Positions 51,701-64,000 of a stretch of 64,000 nt of DNA are shown here, one piece after another. The stretch lies in assembly GCA_964016885.1 (NCBI GenBank), contig OZ024740.1, forward strand, positions 279,744,001-279,808,000, read 5' to 3'. Source of the DNA: Eledone cirrhosa (lineage: Eukaryota). The notes beneath the pieces are model-generated. The model did not search any database. It had not been told where the DNA came from and saw only the letters and a program-made list of their open reading frames with translations. A program made the position numbers and the translations under genes. Numbering within the stretch: position 1 is the first letter of the stretch; every line of letters begins with the position of its first letter.

Positions 51701-52949
51701 GAAAAGCTTCCCATGCTAAATGAGGAAGCTGAAGTCCACCAGCGAATGGTGTGCTTCGAAGAAACGAATCACAAAAATGCGAATTTGCCGGCGGAGTTAC
51801 CTTTTCGATCGTGGGCCGGCCGCCCGTGGTAGGATCGATCTGTAATTACTGGTACATGTGCAGACACTCATTGGCTGTGTGTGGTGTGATTTTCAAGAAA
51901 AGCTGCCCATGCTAAATGAGGCAGCTGAAGTCCACCAGCGAATGGTGTGCTTCGAAGAAACGAATCACAAAAATGCGAATTTGCTGGCGGAGTTACCTTA
52001 TCGATCGTGGGCCGGCCGCCCGTGGTCGGATCGATCTGTACTTACTGGTATATGTGCAGACACGCATTGGCTGTGTGTGGTGTGATTTTCAAGAAAGGCT
52101 GCCCATGCTAAATGAGGCAGCTGAAGTCCACCAGCGAATGGTGTGCTTCGAAGAAACGAATCACAAAAATGCGAATTTGCCGGCGGAGTTACCTTATCGA
52201 TCGTGGGCCGGCCGCCCGTGGTCGGATCGATCTGTACTTACTGGTATATGTGCAGACACGCATTGGCTGTGTGTGGTGTGATTTTCAAGAAAAGCTGCCC
52301 ATGCTAAATGAGGAAGCTGAAGTCCACCAGCGAATGGTGTGCTTCGAAGAAACGAATCACAAAAATGCGAATTTGCCGGCGGAGTTACCTTTTTCTCGAT
52401 CGTGGGCCGGCCGCCCGTGGTCGCATCGATCTGTACTTACTGGAACTTGTGTAGACACTCATTGGCTATGAGTGGCGTGAATTTCAGCAAGATATCTCCG
52501 TAAAATCAATAGTTGTGGCTGTGTAACCAAACCGTGTTAAACGTCAACAAAGTTGTTGAGCGTAAGTTTGTTTACATTGAACTCGTGGTGGAATCGATCT
52601 GTAATTACTGGTACATGTGCAGACACACATTGGTCGTGTGTGGTGTGATTTTCAAAAAAAACTGCCCATGCTAAATTAGGCAGCTGAAGTCTACCAGCGA
52701 ATGGTGTTCTTCGAAGAAAACGAATCACAAAAATGACGATTTGCCGGCGGAGTTACATTTTCGATCGTGGGCCGGCCGTCCGTGGTCGGATCGATCTGTA
52801 ATTACTGGTACCTGTGCAGACATACATTTGCTGTGTGTGGTGTGATTTTCAAGAAAAGCTGCCCATGCTAAATGAGGAAGCTGAAGTCCGGCGGCGAATG
52901 GTGTGCTTCGAAGAAAACGAATCACAAAAATGACTATTTGCCGGCGGAG

Positions 52950-55900
52950 TTACATTTTTCTCGATCTTGGGCCGGCCGCCCGTGGTCGGATCGATCTGTA
53001 ATTACTGGTATATGTGCAGACACTCATTGGCTGTGTGTGGTGTGATTTTCAAGAAAAGCTTCCCATGCTAAATGAGGAAGCTGAAGTCCACCAGCGAATG
53101 GTGTGCTTCGAAGAAACGAATCACAAAAATGCGAATTTGCCGGCGGAGTTACCTTTTCGATCGTGGGCCGGCCGCCCGTGGTAGGATCGATCTGTAATTA
53201 CTGGTACATGTGCAGACACTCATTGGCTGTGTGTGGTGTGATTTTCAAGAAAAGCTGCCCATGCTAAATGCGGAAGCTGAAGTCCACCAGCGAATGGTGT
53301 GCTTCGAAGAAACGAATCACAAAAATGCGAATTTGCCGGCGGAGTTACCTTTTCGATCGTGGGCCGGCCGCCCGTGGTCGGATCGATCTGTACTTACTGG
53401 TATATGTGCAGACACTCATTGGCTGTGTGTGGTGTGATTTTCAAGAAAAGCCGCCCGTGCTAAATGAGGCAGCTGAAGTCCACCAGCGAATGGTGTGCTT
53501 CGAAGAAACGAATCACAAAAATGCGAATTTGCCGGCGGAGTTACCTTTTCGATCGTGGGCCGGCCGCCTATGGTCAGATCGATCTGTAATTACTGGTCCA
53601 TATGCAGACACACGTTTGCTGTGTGTGGTGTGATTTTCAAGAAAAGCTGTCCATGCTAAATGAGGAAGCTGAAGTCCACCAGCGAATGGTGTGCTTCGAA
53701 GAAACGAATCACAAAAATGCGAATTTGCCGGCGGAGTTACTTTTTCGATGGTGGGCCGGCCGCCCGTGGTCGGATCGATCTGTACTTACTGGTATATGTG
53801 CAGACACTCATTGGCTGTGTGTGGTGTGATTTTCAAGAAAAGCTGCCCATGCTAAATGAGGCAGCTGAAGTCCACCAGCGAATGGTGTGCTTCGAAGAAA
53901 CGAATCACAAAAATGCGAATTTGCCGGCGGAGTTACCTCATCGATCGTGGGCCGGCCGCCCGTGGTCGGATCGATCTGTACTTACTGGTATATGTGCAGA
54001 CACGCATTGGCTGTGTGTTGTGTGATTTTCAAGAAAGGCTGCCCATGCTAAATGAGGCAGCTGAAGTCCACCAGCGAATGGTGTGCTTCGAAGAAACGAA
54101 TCACAAAAATGCGAATTTGCCGGCGGAGTTACCTTTTCGATCGTGGGCCGGCCGCCTATGGTCGGATCGATCTGTAATTACTGGTCCATATGCAGACACA
54201 CGTTTGCTGTGTGTGGTGTGATTTTCAAGAAAAGCTGCCGATGCTAAATGCGGAAGCTGAAGTCCACCAGCGAATGGTGTGCTTCGAAGAAAACGAATCA
54301 CAAAAATGACGATTTGCCGGCGGAGTTACATTTTCGATCGTGGGCCGGCCGCCCGTGGTCGGTTCGATCTGTAATTACTGGTACCTGTGCAGACATACAT
54401 TTACTGTGTGTGGTGTGATTTTCAAGAAAAGCTGCCCATGCTAAATGATGAAGCTGAAGTCCGGCGGCGAATGGTGTGCTTCAAAGAAAACGAATCACAA
54501 AAATGACTATTTGCCGGCGGAGTTACCTTTTCGATCGTGGGCCGGCCGCCCGTGGTCGGATCGATCTGTAATTACTGGTACCTGTGCAAACATACATTTG
54601 CTGTGTGTGGTGTGATTTTCAAGAAAAGCTGCCCATGCTAAATGAGGAAGCTGAAGTCCGGCGGCGAATGGTGTGCTTCGAAGAAAACGAATCACAAAAA
54701 TGACTATTTGCCGGCGGAGTTACATTTTTCTCGATCTTGGGCCGGCCGCCCGTGGTCGGATCGATCTGTAATTACTGGTATTTGTGCAGACACTCATTGG
54801 CTGTGTGTGGTGTGATTTTCAAGAAAAGTTGCCCATGCTAAATGCGGAAGCTGAAGTCCACCAACGAATGGTGTGCTTCGAAGAAACGAATCACAAAAAT
54901 GCGAATTTGCCGGCGGAGTTACCTTTTCGATGGTGGGCCGGCCGCCCGTGGTCGGATCGATCTGTACTTACTGGTATATGTGCAGACACTCATTGGCTGT
55001 GTGTGGTGTGATTTTCAAGAAAAGCTGCCCATGCTAAATGAGGCAGCTGAAGTCCACCAGCGAATGGTGTGCTTCGAAGAAACGAATCACAAAAATGCGA
55101 ATTTGCCGGCGGAGTTACCTTATCGATCGTGGGCCGGCCGCCCGTGGTCGGATCGATCTGTACTTACTGGTATATGTGCAGACACGCATTGGCTGTGTGT
55201 GGTGTGATTTTCAAGAAAGGCTGCCCATGCTAAATTAGGCAGCTGAAGTCCACCAGCGAATGGTGTGCTTCGAAGAAACGAATCACAAAAATGCGAATTT
55301 GCCGGCGGAGTTACCTTTTCGATCGTGGGCCGGCCGCCTATGGTCGGATCGATCTGTAATTACTGGTCCATATGCAGACACACGTTTGCTGTGTGTGGTG
55401 TGATTTTCAAGAAAAGCTGCCCATGCTAAATGAGGAAGCTGAAGTCCACCAGCGAATGGTGTGCTTCGAAGAAACGAATCACAAAAATGCGAATTTGCCG
55501 GCGGAGTTACCTTTTTCTCGATCGTGGGCCGGCCGCCCGTGGTCGCATCGATGTGTACTTACTGGGACTTGTGTAGACACTCATTGGCTATGAGTGGCGT
55601 GAATTTCAGCAAGATATCTCCGTAAAATCAATAGTTGTGGCTGTGTAACCAAACCGTGTTAAACGTCAACAAAGTTGTTGAGCGTAAGTTTGTTTACATT
55701 GAACTCGTGGTGGAATCGATCTGTAATTACTGGTACATGTGCAGACACACATTGGTCGTGTGTGGTGTGATTTTCAAAAAAAACTGCCCATGCTAAATTA
55801 GGCAGCTGAAGTCTACCAGCGAATGGTGTTCTTCGAAGAAAACGAATCACAAAAATGACTATTTGCCGGCGGAGTTACCTTTTCGATCGTGGGCCGGCCG

Positions 55901-58900
55901 CCCGTGGTCGGATCGATCTGTAATTACTGGTACCTGTGCAAACATACATTTGCTGTGTGTGGTGTGATTTTCAAGAAAAGCTGCCCATGCTAAATGAGGA
56001 AGCTGAAGTCCGGCGGCGAATGGTGTGCTTCGAAGAAAACGAATCACAAAAATGACTATTTGCCGGCGGAGTTACATTTTTCTCGATCTTGGGCCGGCCG
56101 CCCGTGGTCGGATCGATCTGTAATTACTGGTATTTGTGCAGACACTCATTGGCTGTGTGTGGTGTGATTTTCAAGAAAAGTTGCCCATGCTAAATGCGGA
56201 AGCTGAAGTCCACCAACGAATGGTGTGCTTCGAAGAAACGAATCACAAAAATGCGAATTTGCCGGCGGAGTTACCTTTTCGATGGTGGGCCGGCCGCCCG
56301 TGGTCGGATCGATCTGTACTTACTGGTATATGTGCAGACACTCATTGGCTGTGTGTGGTGTGATTTTCAAGAAAAGCTGCCCATGCTAAATGAGGCAGCT
56401 GAAGTCCACCAGCGAATGGTGTGCTTCGAAGAAACGAATCACAAAAATGACTATTTGCCGGCGGAGTTACCTTTTCGATCGTGGGCCGGCCGCCCGTGGT
56501 CGGATCGATCTGTACTTACTGGTATATGTGCAGACACTCATTGGCTGTGTGCGGTGTGATTTTCAAGAAAAGCCGCCCATGCTAAATGAGGCAGCTGAAG
56601 TCCACCAGCGAATGGTGTGCTTCGAAGAAACGAATCACAAAAATGCGAATTTGCCGGCGGAGTTACCTTTTCGATCGTGGGCCGGCCGCCTATGGTCAGA
56701 TCGATCTGTAATTACTGGTCCATATGCAGACACACGTTTGCTGTGTGTGGTGTGATTTTCAAGAAAAGCTGTCCATGCTAAATGAGGAAGCTGAAGTCCA
56801 CCAGCGAATGGTGTGCTTCGAAGAAACGAATCACAAAAATGCGAATTTGCCGGCGGAGTTACTTTTTCGATGGTGGGCCGGCCGCCCGTGGTCGGATCGA
56901 TCTGTACTTACTGGTATATGTGCAGACACGCATTGGCTGTGTGTGGTGTGATTTTCAAGAAAGGCTGCCCATGCTAAATTAGGCAGCTGAAGTCCACCAG
57001 CGAATGGTGTGCTTCGAAGAAACGAATCACAAAAATGCGAATTTGCCGGCGGAGTTACCTTTTCGATCGTGGGCCGGCCGCCTATGGTCGGATCGATCTG
57101 TAATTACTGGTCCATATGCAGACACACGTTTGCTGTGTGTGGTGTGATTTTCAAGAAAAGCTGCCCATGCTAAATGAGGAAGCTGAAGTCCACCAGCGAA
57201 TGGTGTGCTTCGAAGAAACGAATCACAAAAATGCGAATTTGCCGGCGGAGTTACCTTTTTCTCGATCGTGGGCCGGCCGCCCGTGGTCGCATCGATGTGT
57301 ACTTACTGGGACTTGTGTAGACACTCATTGGCTATGAGTGGCGTGAATTTCAGCAAGATATCTCCGTAAAATCAATAGTTGTGGCTGTGTAACCAAACCG
57401 TGTTAAACGTCAACAAAGTTGTTGAGCGTAAGTTTGTTTACATTGAACTCGTGGTGGAATCGATCTGTAATTACTGGTACATGTGCAGACACACATTGGT
57501 CGTGTGTGGTGTGATTTTCAAAAAAAACTGCCCATGCTAAATTAGGCAGCTGAAGTCTACCAGCGAATGGTGTTCTTCGAAGAAAACGAATCACAAAAAT
57601 GACGATTTGCCGGCGGAGTTACATTTTCGATCGTGGGCCGGCCGTCCGTGGTCGGATCGATCTGTAATTACTGGTACCTGTGCAGACATACATTTGCTGT
57701 GTGTGGTGTGATTTTCAAGAAAAGCTGCCCATGCTAAATGAGGAAGCTGAAGTCCGGCGGCGAATGGTGTGCTTCGAAGAAAACGAATCACAAAAATGAC
57801 TATTTGCCGGCGGAGTTACATTTTCGATCGTGGGCCGGCCGTCCGTGGTCGGATCGATCTGTAATTACTGGTATATGTGCAGACACTCATTGGCTGTGTG
57901 TGGTGTGATTTTCAAGAAAAGCTTCCCATGCTAAATGAGGAAGCTGAAGTCCACCAGCGAATGGTGTGCTTCGAAGAAACGAATCACAAAAATGCGAATT
58001 TGCCGGCGGAGTTACCTTTTCGATCGTGGGCCGGCCGCCCGTGGTAGGATCGATCTGTAATTACTGGTACATGTGCAGACACTCATTGGCTGTGTGTGGT
58101 GTGATTTTCAAGAAAAGCTGCCCATGCTAAATGCGGAAGCTGAAGTCCACCAGCGAATGGTGTGCTTCGAAGAAACGAATCACAAAAATGCGAATTTGCC
58201 GGCGGAGTTACCTTTTCGATCGTGGGCCGGCCGCCCGTGGTCGGATCGATCTGTACTTACTGGTATATGTGCAGACACTCATTGGCTGTGTGCGGTGTGA
58301 TTTTCAAGAAAAGCCGCCCATGCTAAATGAGGCAGCTGAAGTCCACCAGCGAATGGTGTGCTTCGAAGAAACGAATCACAAAAATGCGAATTTGCCGGCG
58401 GAGTTACCTTTTCGATCGTGGGCCGGCCGCCTATGGTCAGATCGATCTGTAATTACTGGTCCATATGCAGACACACGTTTGCTGTGTGTGGTGTGATTTT
58501 CAAGAAAAGCTGTCCATGCTAAATGAGGAAGCTGAAGTCCACCAGCGAATGGTGTGCTTCGAAGAAACGAATCACAAAAATGCGAATTTGCCGGCGGAGT
58601 TACTTTTTCGATGGTGGGCCGGCCGCCCGTGGTCGGATCGATCTGTACTTACTGGTATATGTGCAGACACTCATTGGCTGTGTGTGGTGTGATTTTCAAG
58701 AAAAGCTGCCCATGCTAAATGAGGCAGCTGAAGTCCACCAGCGAATGGTGTGCTTCGAAGAAACGAATCACAAAAATGCGAATTTGCCGGCGGAGTTACC
58801 TTATCGATCGTGGGCCGGCCGCCCGTGGTCGGATCGATCTGTACTTACTGGTATATGTGCAGACACGCATTGGCTGTGTGTTGTGTGATTTTCAAGAAAG

Positions 58901-60720
58901 GCTGCCCATGCTAAATGAGGCAGCTGAAGTCCACCAGCGAATGGTGTGCTTCGAAGAAACGAATCACAAAAATGCGAATTTGCCGGCGGAGTTACCTTTT
59001 CGATCGTGGGCCGGCCGTCTATGGTCGGATCGATCTGTAATTACTGGTCCATATGCAGACACACGTTTGCTGTGTGTGGTGTGATTTTCAAGAAAAGCTG
59101 CCGATGCTAAATGCGGAAGCTGAAGTCCACCAGCGAATGGTGTGCTTCGAAGAAAACGAATCACAAAAATGACGATTTGCCGGCGGAGTTACATTTTCGA
59201 TCGTGGGCCGGCCGCCCGTGGTCGGTTCGATCTGTAATTACTGGTACCTGTGCAGACATACATTTACTGTGTGTGGTGTGATTTTCAAGAAAAGCTGCCC
59301 ATGCTAAATGATGAAGCTGAAGTCCGGCGGCGAATGGTGTGCTTCAAAGAAAACGAATCACAAAAATGACTATTTGCCGGCGGAGTTACCTTTTCGATCG
59401 TGGGCCGGCCGCCCGTGGTCGGATCGATCTGTAATTACTGGTACCTGTGCAAACATACATTTGCTGTGTGTGGTGTGATTTTCAAGAAAAGCTGCCCATG
59501 CTAAATGAGGAAGCTGAAGTCCGGCGGCGAATGGTGTGCTTCGAAGAAAACGAATCACAAAAATGACTATTTGCCGGCGGAGTTACATTTTTCTCGATCT
59601 TGGGCCGGCCGCCCGTGGTCGGATCGATCTGTAATTACTGGTATTTGTGCAGACACTCATTGGCTGTGTGTGGTGTGATTTTCAAGAAAAGTTGCCCATG
59701 CTAAATGCGGAAGCTGAAGTCCACCAGCGAATGGTGTGCTTCGAAGAAACGAATCACAAAAATGCGAATTTGCCGGCGGAGTTACCTTTTCGATGGTGGG
59801 CCGGCCGCCCGTGGTCGGATCGATCTGTACTTACTGGTATATGTGCAGACACTCATTGGCTGTGTGTGGTGTGATTTTCAAGAAAAGCTGCCCATGCTAA
59901 ATGAGGCAGCTGAAGTCCACCAGCGAATGGTGTGCTTCGAAGAAACGAATCACAAAAATGCGAATTTGCCGGCGGAGTTACCTTATCGATCGTGGGCCGG
60001 CCGCCCGTGGTCGGATCGATCTGTACTTACTGGTATATGTGCAGACACGCATTGGCTGTGTGTGGTGTGATTTTCAAGAAAGGCTGCCCATGCTAAATTA
60101 GGCAGCTGAAGTCCACCAGCGAATGGTGTGCTTCGAAGAAACGAATCACAAAAATGCGAATTTGCCGGCGGAGTTACCTTTTCGATCGTGGGCCGGCCGC
60201 CTATGGTCGGATCGATCTGTAATTACTGGTCCATATGCAGACACACGTTTGCTGTGTGTGGTGTGATTTTCAAGAAAAGCTGCCCATGCTAAATGAGGAA
60301 GCTGAAGTCCACCAGCGAATGGTGTGCTTCGAAGAAACGAATCACAAAAATGCGAATTTGCCGGCGGAGTTACCTTTTTCTCGATCGTGGGCCGGCCGCC
60401 CGTGGTCGCATCGATGTGTACTTACTGGGACTTGTGTAGACACTCATTGGCTATGAGTGGCGTGAATTTCAGCAAGATATCTCCGTAAAATCAATAGTTG
60501 TGGCTGTGTAACCAAACCGTGTTAAACGTCAACAAAGTTGTTGAGCGTAAGTTTGTTTACATTGAACTCGTGGTGGAATCGATCTGTAATTACTGGTACA
60601 TGTGCAGACACACATTGGTCGTGTGTGGTGTGATTTTCAAAAAAAACTGCCCATGCTAAATTAGGCAGCTGAAGTCTACCAGCGAATGGTGTTCTTCGAA
60701 GAAAACGAATCACAAAAATG
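52950..60720. repeat. About 2.9-kb block repeated at 4863-bp (25-monomer) offset
   Basis: Offsets 53210/58073, 53602/58465, 54784/59647 and 55659/60522 are all 4863. Markers CTGTCCATG, GCCGATGCT, ATGATGAAG and GCAAACAT. Confidence 0.85.
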
Positions 60721-63700
60721 ACGATTTGCCGGCGGAGTTACATTTTCGATCGTGGGCCGGCCGTCCGTGGTCGGATCGATCTGTAATTACTGGTACCTGT
60801 GCAGACATACATTTGCTGTGTGTGGTGTGATTTTCAAGAAAAGCTGCCCATGCTAAATGAGGAAGCTGAAGTCCGGCGGCGAATGGTGTGCTTCGAAGAA
60901 AACGAATCACAAAAATGACTATTTGCCGGCGGAGTTACATTTTTCTCGATCTTGGGCCGGCCGCCCGTGGTCGGATCGATCTGTAATTACTGGTATATGT
61001 GCAGACACTCATTGGCTGTGTGTGGTGTGATTTTCAAGAAAAGCTTCCCATGCTAAATGAGGAAGCTGAAGTCCACCAGCGAATGGTGTGCTTCGAAGAA
61101 ACGAATCACAAAAATGCGAATTTGCCGGCGGAGTTACCTTTTCGATCGTGGGCCGGCCGCCCGTGGTAGGATCGATCTGTAATTACTGGTACATGTGCAG
61201 ACACTCATTGGCTGTGTGTGGTGTGATTTTCAAGAAAAGCTGCCCATGCTAAATGCGGAAGCTGAAGTCCACCAGCGAATGGTGTGCTTCGAAGAAACGA
61301 ATCACAAAAATGCGAATTTGCCGGCGGAGTTACCTTTTCGATCGTGGGCCGGCCGCCCGTGGTCGGATCGATCTGTACTTACTGGTATATGTGCAGACAC
61401 TCATTGGCTGTGTGTGGTGTGATTTTCAAGAAAAGCTGCCCATGCTAAATGAGGCAGCTGAAGTCCACCAGCGAATGGTGTGCTTCGAAGAAACGAATCA
61501 CAAAAATGCGAATTTGCCGGCGGAGTTACCTTATCGATCGTGGGCCGGCCGCCCGTGGTCGGATCGATCTGTACTTACTGGTATATGTGCAGACACGCAT
61601 TGGCTGTGTGTTGTGTGATTTTCAAGAAAGGCTGCCCATGCTAAATGAGGCAGCTGAAGTCCACCAGCGAATGGTGTGCTTCGAAGAAACGAATCACAAA
61701 AATGCGAATTTGCCGGCGGAGTTACCTTTTCGATCGTGGGCCGGCCGCCTATGGTCGGATCGATCTGTAATTACTGGTCCATATGCAGACACACGTTTGC
61801 TGTGTGTGGTGTGATTTTCAAGAAAAGCTGCCGATGCTAAATGCGGAAGCTGAAGTCCACCAGCGAATGGTGTGCTTCGAAGAAAACGAATCACAAAAAT
61901 GACGATTTGCCGGCGGAGTTACATTTTCGATCGTGGGCCGGCCGCCCGTGGTCGGTTCGATCTGTAATTACTGGTACCTGTGCAGACATACATTTACTGT
62001 GTGTGGTGTGATTTTCAAGAAAAGCTGCCCATGCTAAATGATGAAGCTGAAGTCCGGCGGCGAATGGTGTGCTTCAAAGAAAACGAATCACAAAAATGAC
62101 TATTTGCCGGCGGAGTTACCTTTTCGATCGTGGGCCGGCCGCCCGTGGTCGGATCGATCTGTAATTACTGGTACCTGTGCAAACATACATTTGCTGTGTG
62201 TGGTGTGATTTTCAAGAAAAGCTGCCCATGCTAAATGAGGAAGCTGAAGTCCGGCGGCGAATGGTGTGCTTCGAAGAAAACGAATCACAAAAATGACTAT
62301 TTGCCGGCGGAGTTACATTTTTCTCGATCTTGGGCCGGCCGCCCGTGGTCGGATCGATCTGTAATTACTGGTATTTGTGCAGACACTCATTGGCTGTGTG
62401 TGGTGTGATTTTCAAGAAAAGTTGCCCATGCTAAATGCGGAAGCTGAAGTCCACCAGCGAATGGTGTGCTTCGAAGAAACGAATCACAAAAATGCGAATT
62501 TGCCGGCGGAGTTACCTTTTCGATGGTGGGCCGGCCGCCCGTGGTCGGATCGATCTGTACTTACTGGTATATGTGCAGACACTCATTGGCTGTGTGTGGT
62601 GTGATTTTCAAGAAAAGCTGCCCATGCTAAATGAGGCAGCTGAAGTCCACCAGCGAATGGTGTGCTTCGAAGAAACGAATCACAAAAATGCGAATTTGCC
62701 GGCGGAGTTACCTTATCGATCGTGGGCCGGCCGCCCGTGGTCGGATCGATCTGTACTTACTGGTATATGTGCAGACACGCATTGGCTGTGTGTGGTGTGA
62801 TTTTCAAGAAAGGCTGCCCATGCTAAATTAGGCAGCTGAAGTCCACCAGCGAATGGTGTGCTTCGAAGAAACGAATCACAAAAATGCGAATTTGCCGGCG
62901 GAGTTACCTTTTCGATCGTGGGCCGGCCGCCTATGGTCGGATCGATCTGTAATTACTGGTCCATATGCAGACACACGTTTGCTGTGTGTGGTGTGATTTT
63001 CAAGAAAAGCTGCCCATGCTAAATGAGGAAGCTGAAGTCCACCAGCGAATGGTGTGCTTCGAAGAAACGAATCACAAAAATGCGAATTTGCCGGCGGAGT
63101 TACCTTTTTCTCGATCGTGGGCCGGCCGCCCGTGGTCGCATCGATGTGTACTTACTGGGACTTGTGTAGACACTCATTGGCTATGAGTGGCGTGAATTTC
63201 AGCAAGATATCTCCGTAAAATCAATAGTTGTGGCTGTGTAACCAAACCGTGTTAAACGTCAACAAAGTTGTTGAGCGTAAGTTTGTTTACATTGAACTCG
63301 TGGGGGAATCGATCTGTAATTACTGGTACATGTGCAGACACACATTGGTCGTGTGTGGTGTGATTTTCAAAAAAAACTGCCCATGCTAAATTAGGCAGCT
63401 GAAGTCTACCAGCGAATGGTGTTCTTCGAAGAAAACGAATCACAAAAATGACGATTTGCCGGCGGAGTTACATTTTCGATCGTGGGCCGGCCGTCCGTGG
63501 TCGGATCGATCTGTAATTACTGGTACCTGTGCAGACATACATTTGCTGTGTGTGGTGTGATTTTCAAGAAAAGCTGCCCATGCTAAATGAGGAAGCTGAA
63601 GTCCGGCGGCGAATGGTGTGCTTCGAAGAAAACGAATCACAAAAATGACTATTTGCCGGCGGAGTTACATTTTTCTCGATCTTGGGCCGGCCGCCCGTGG

Positions 63701-64000
63701 TCGGATCGATCTGTAATTACTGGTATATGTGCAGACACTCATTGGCTGTGTGTGGTGTGATTTTCAAGAAAAGCTTCCCATGCTAAATGAGGAAGCTGAA
63801 GTCCACCAGCGAATGGTGTGCTTCGAAGAAACGAATCACAAAAATGCGAATTTGCCGGCGGAGTTACCTTTTCGATCGTGGGCCGGCCGCCCGTGGTAGG
63901 ATCGATCTGTAATTACTGGTACATGTGCAGACACTCATTGGCTGTGTGTGGTGTGATTTTCAAGAAAAGCTGCCCATGCTAAATGCGGAAGCTGAAGTCC
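58630..64000. repeat. 2730-bp (14-monomer) higher-order repeat, about 2 copies
   Basis: Offsets 58719/61449, 58964/61694, 59647/62377, 60235/62965 and 60522/63252 are all 2730. Confidence 0.9.

Larger units (their letters stand above)
311..63298 (+). repeat. 32 interspersed copies of the 97-bp segment (168-bp monomer family)
   Basis: Starts at 311, 3826, 5964, 6920, 8072, 10601, 11753, 12905, 15827, 18752, 21677, 24402, 27330, 30055, 32584, 33737, 34889, 39187, 40340, 41492, 42644, 44780, 45933, 46893, 48046, 49398, 50746, 52487, 55609, 57353, 60472, 63202. Thirty-one coincide with the minus-strand '...NNFVDV' ORFs; 10601 was read directly from the sequence. Confidence 0.95.
1..64000. repeat. 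Tandem satellite DNA array, 196-bp monomer (about 330 units, head-to-tail, runs off both window ends)
   Basis: TTGCCGGCG at 1 recurs at 197. Recurring ORF starts are spaced 196 bp apart (e.g. 6291, 6487, 6683). The same unit continues to 64000 with no inversion or foreign insertion seen. Length variants: +A in GAAGAAAACG (197 bp), +3 in TTTTTCTCGA (199 bp), both (200 bp). Confidence 0.99.

Noticed and set aside
74-63640. Hundreds of 60-140 aa ORFs (MQTHVCC..., MRKLKS..., MIRFLRS...)
   Set aside because: They are translations of the satellite. 196 is not a multiple of 3, so frames shift each unit. Stops and frameshifts vary freely among copies, and I recognise no protein domain.
1-64000. CRISPR-like repeat/spacer array
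   Set aside because: The units are far too long, the interspersed segment is invariant rather than unique, and there are no cas genes.

Overview
The whole 64-kb window is one uninterrupted, head-to-tail satellite DNA array of about 330 monomers, all in the same orientation. I see no genes, RNA genes or transposons. The main monomer is 196 bp (about 49% GC, CpG not depleted), with 197-, 199- and 200-bp length variants. Thirty-two copies of a distinct 168-bp monomer are interspersed among them. In that monomer, about 125 bp of the standard unit is replaced by a nearly invariant, AT-rich, hairpin-forming 97-bp segment. Monomer variants form nested, irregular higher-order repeats (1152, 1377, 2113, 2730, 2925, 4863, 5653 and 6603 bp offsets, plus recurrences at 26.8-33.4 kb) and local homogenisation domains. 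This looks like eukaryotic heterochromatic or centromeric satellite, but organism and function cannot be determined from the sequence. All ORFs are by-products of the repeat. Counts and comparisons were made by eye and from the ORF-track coordinates, so block boundaries are approximate.
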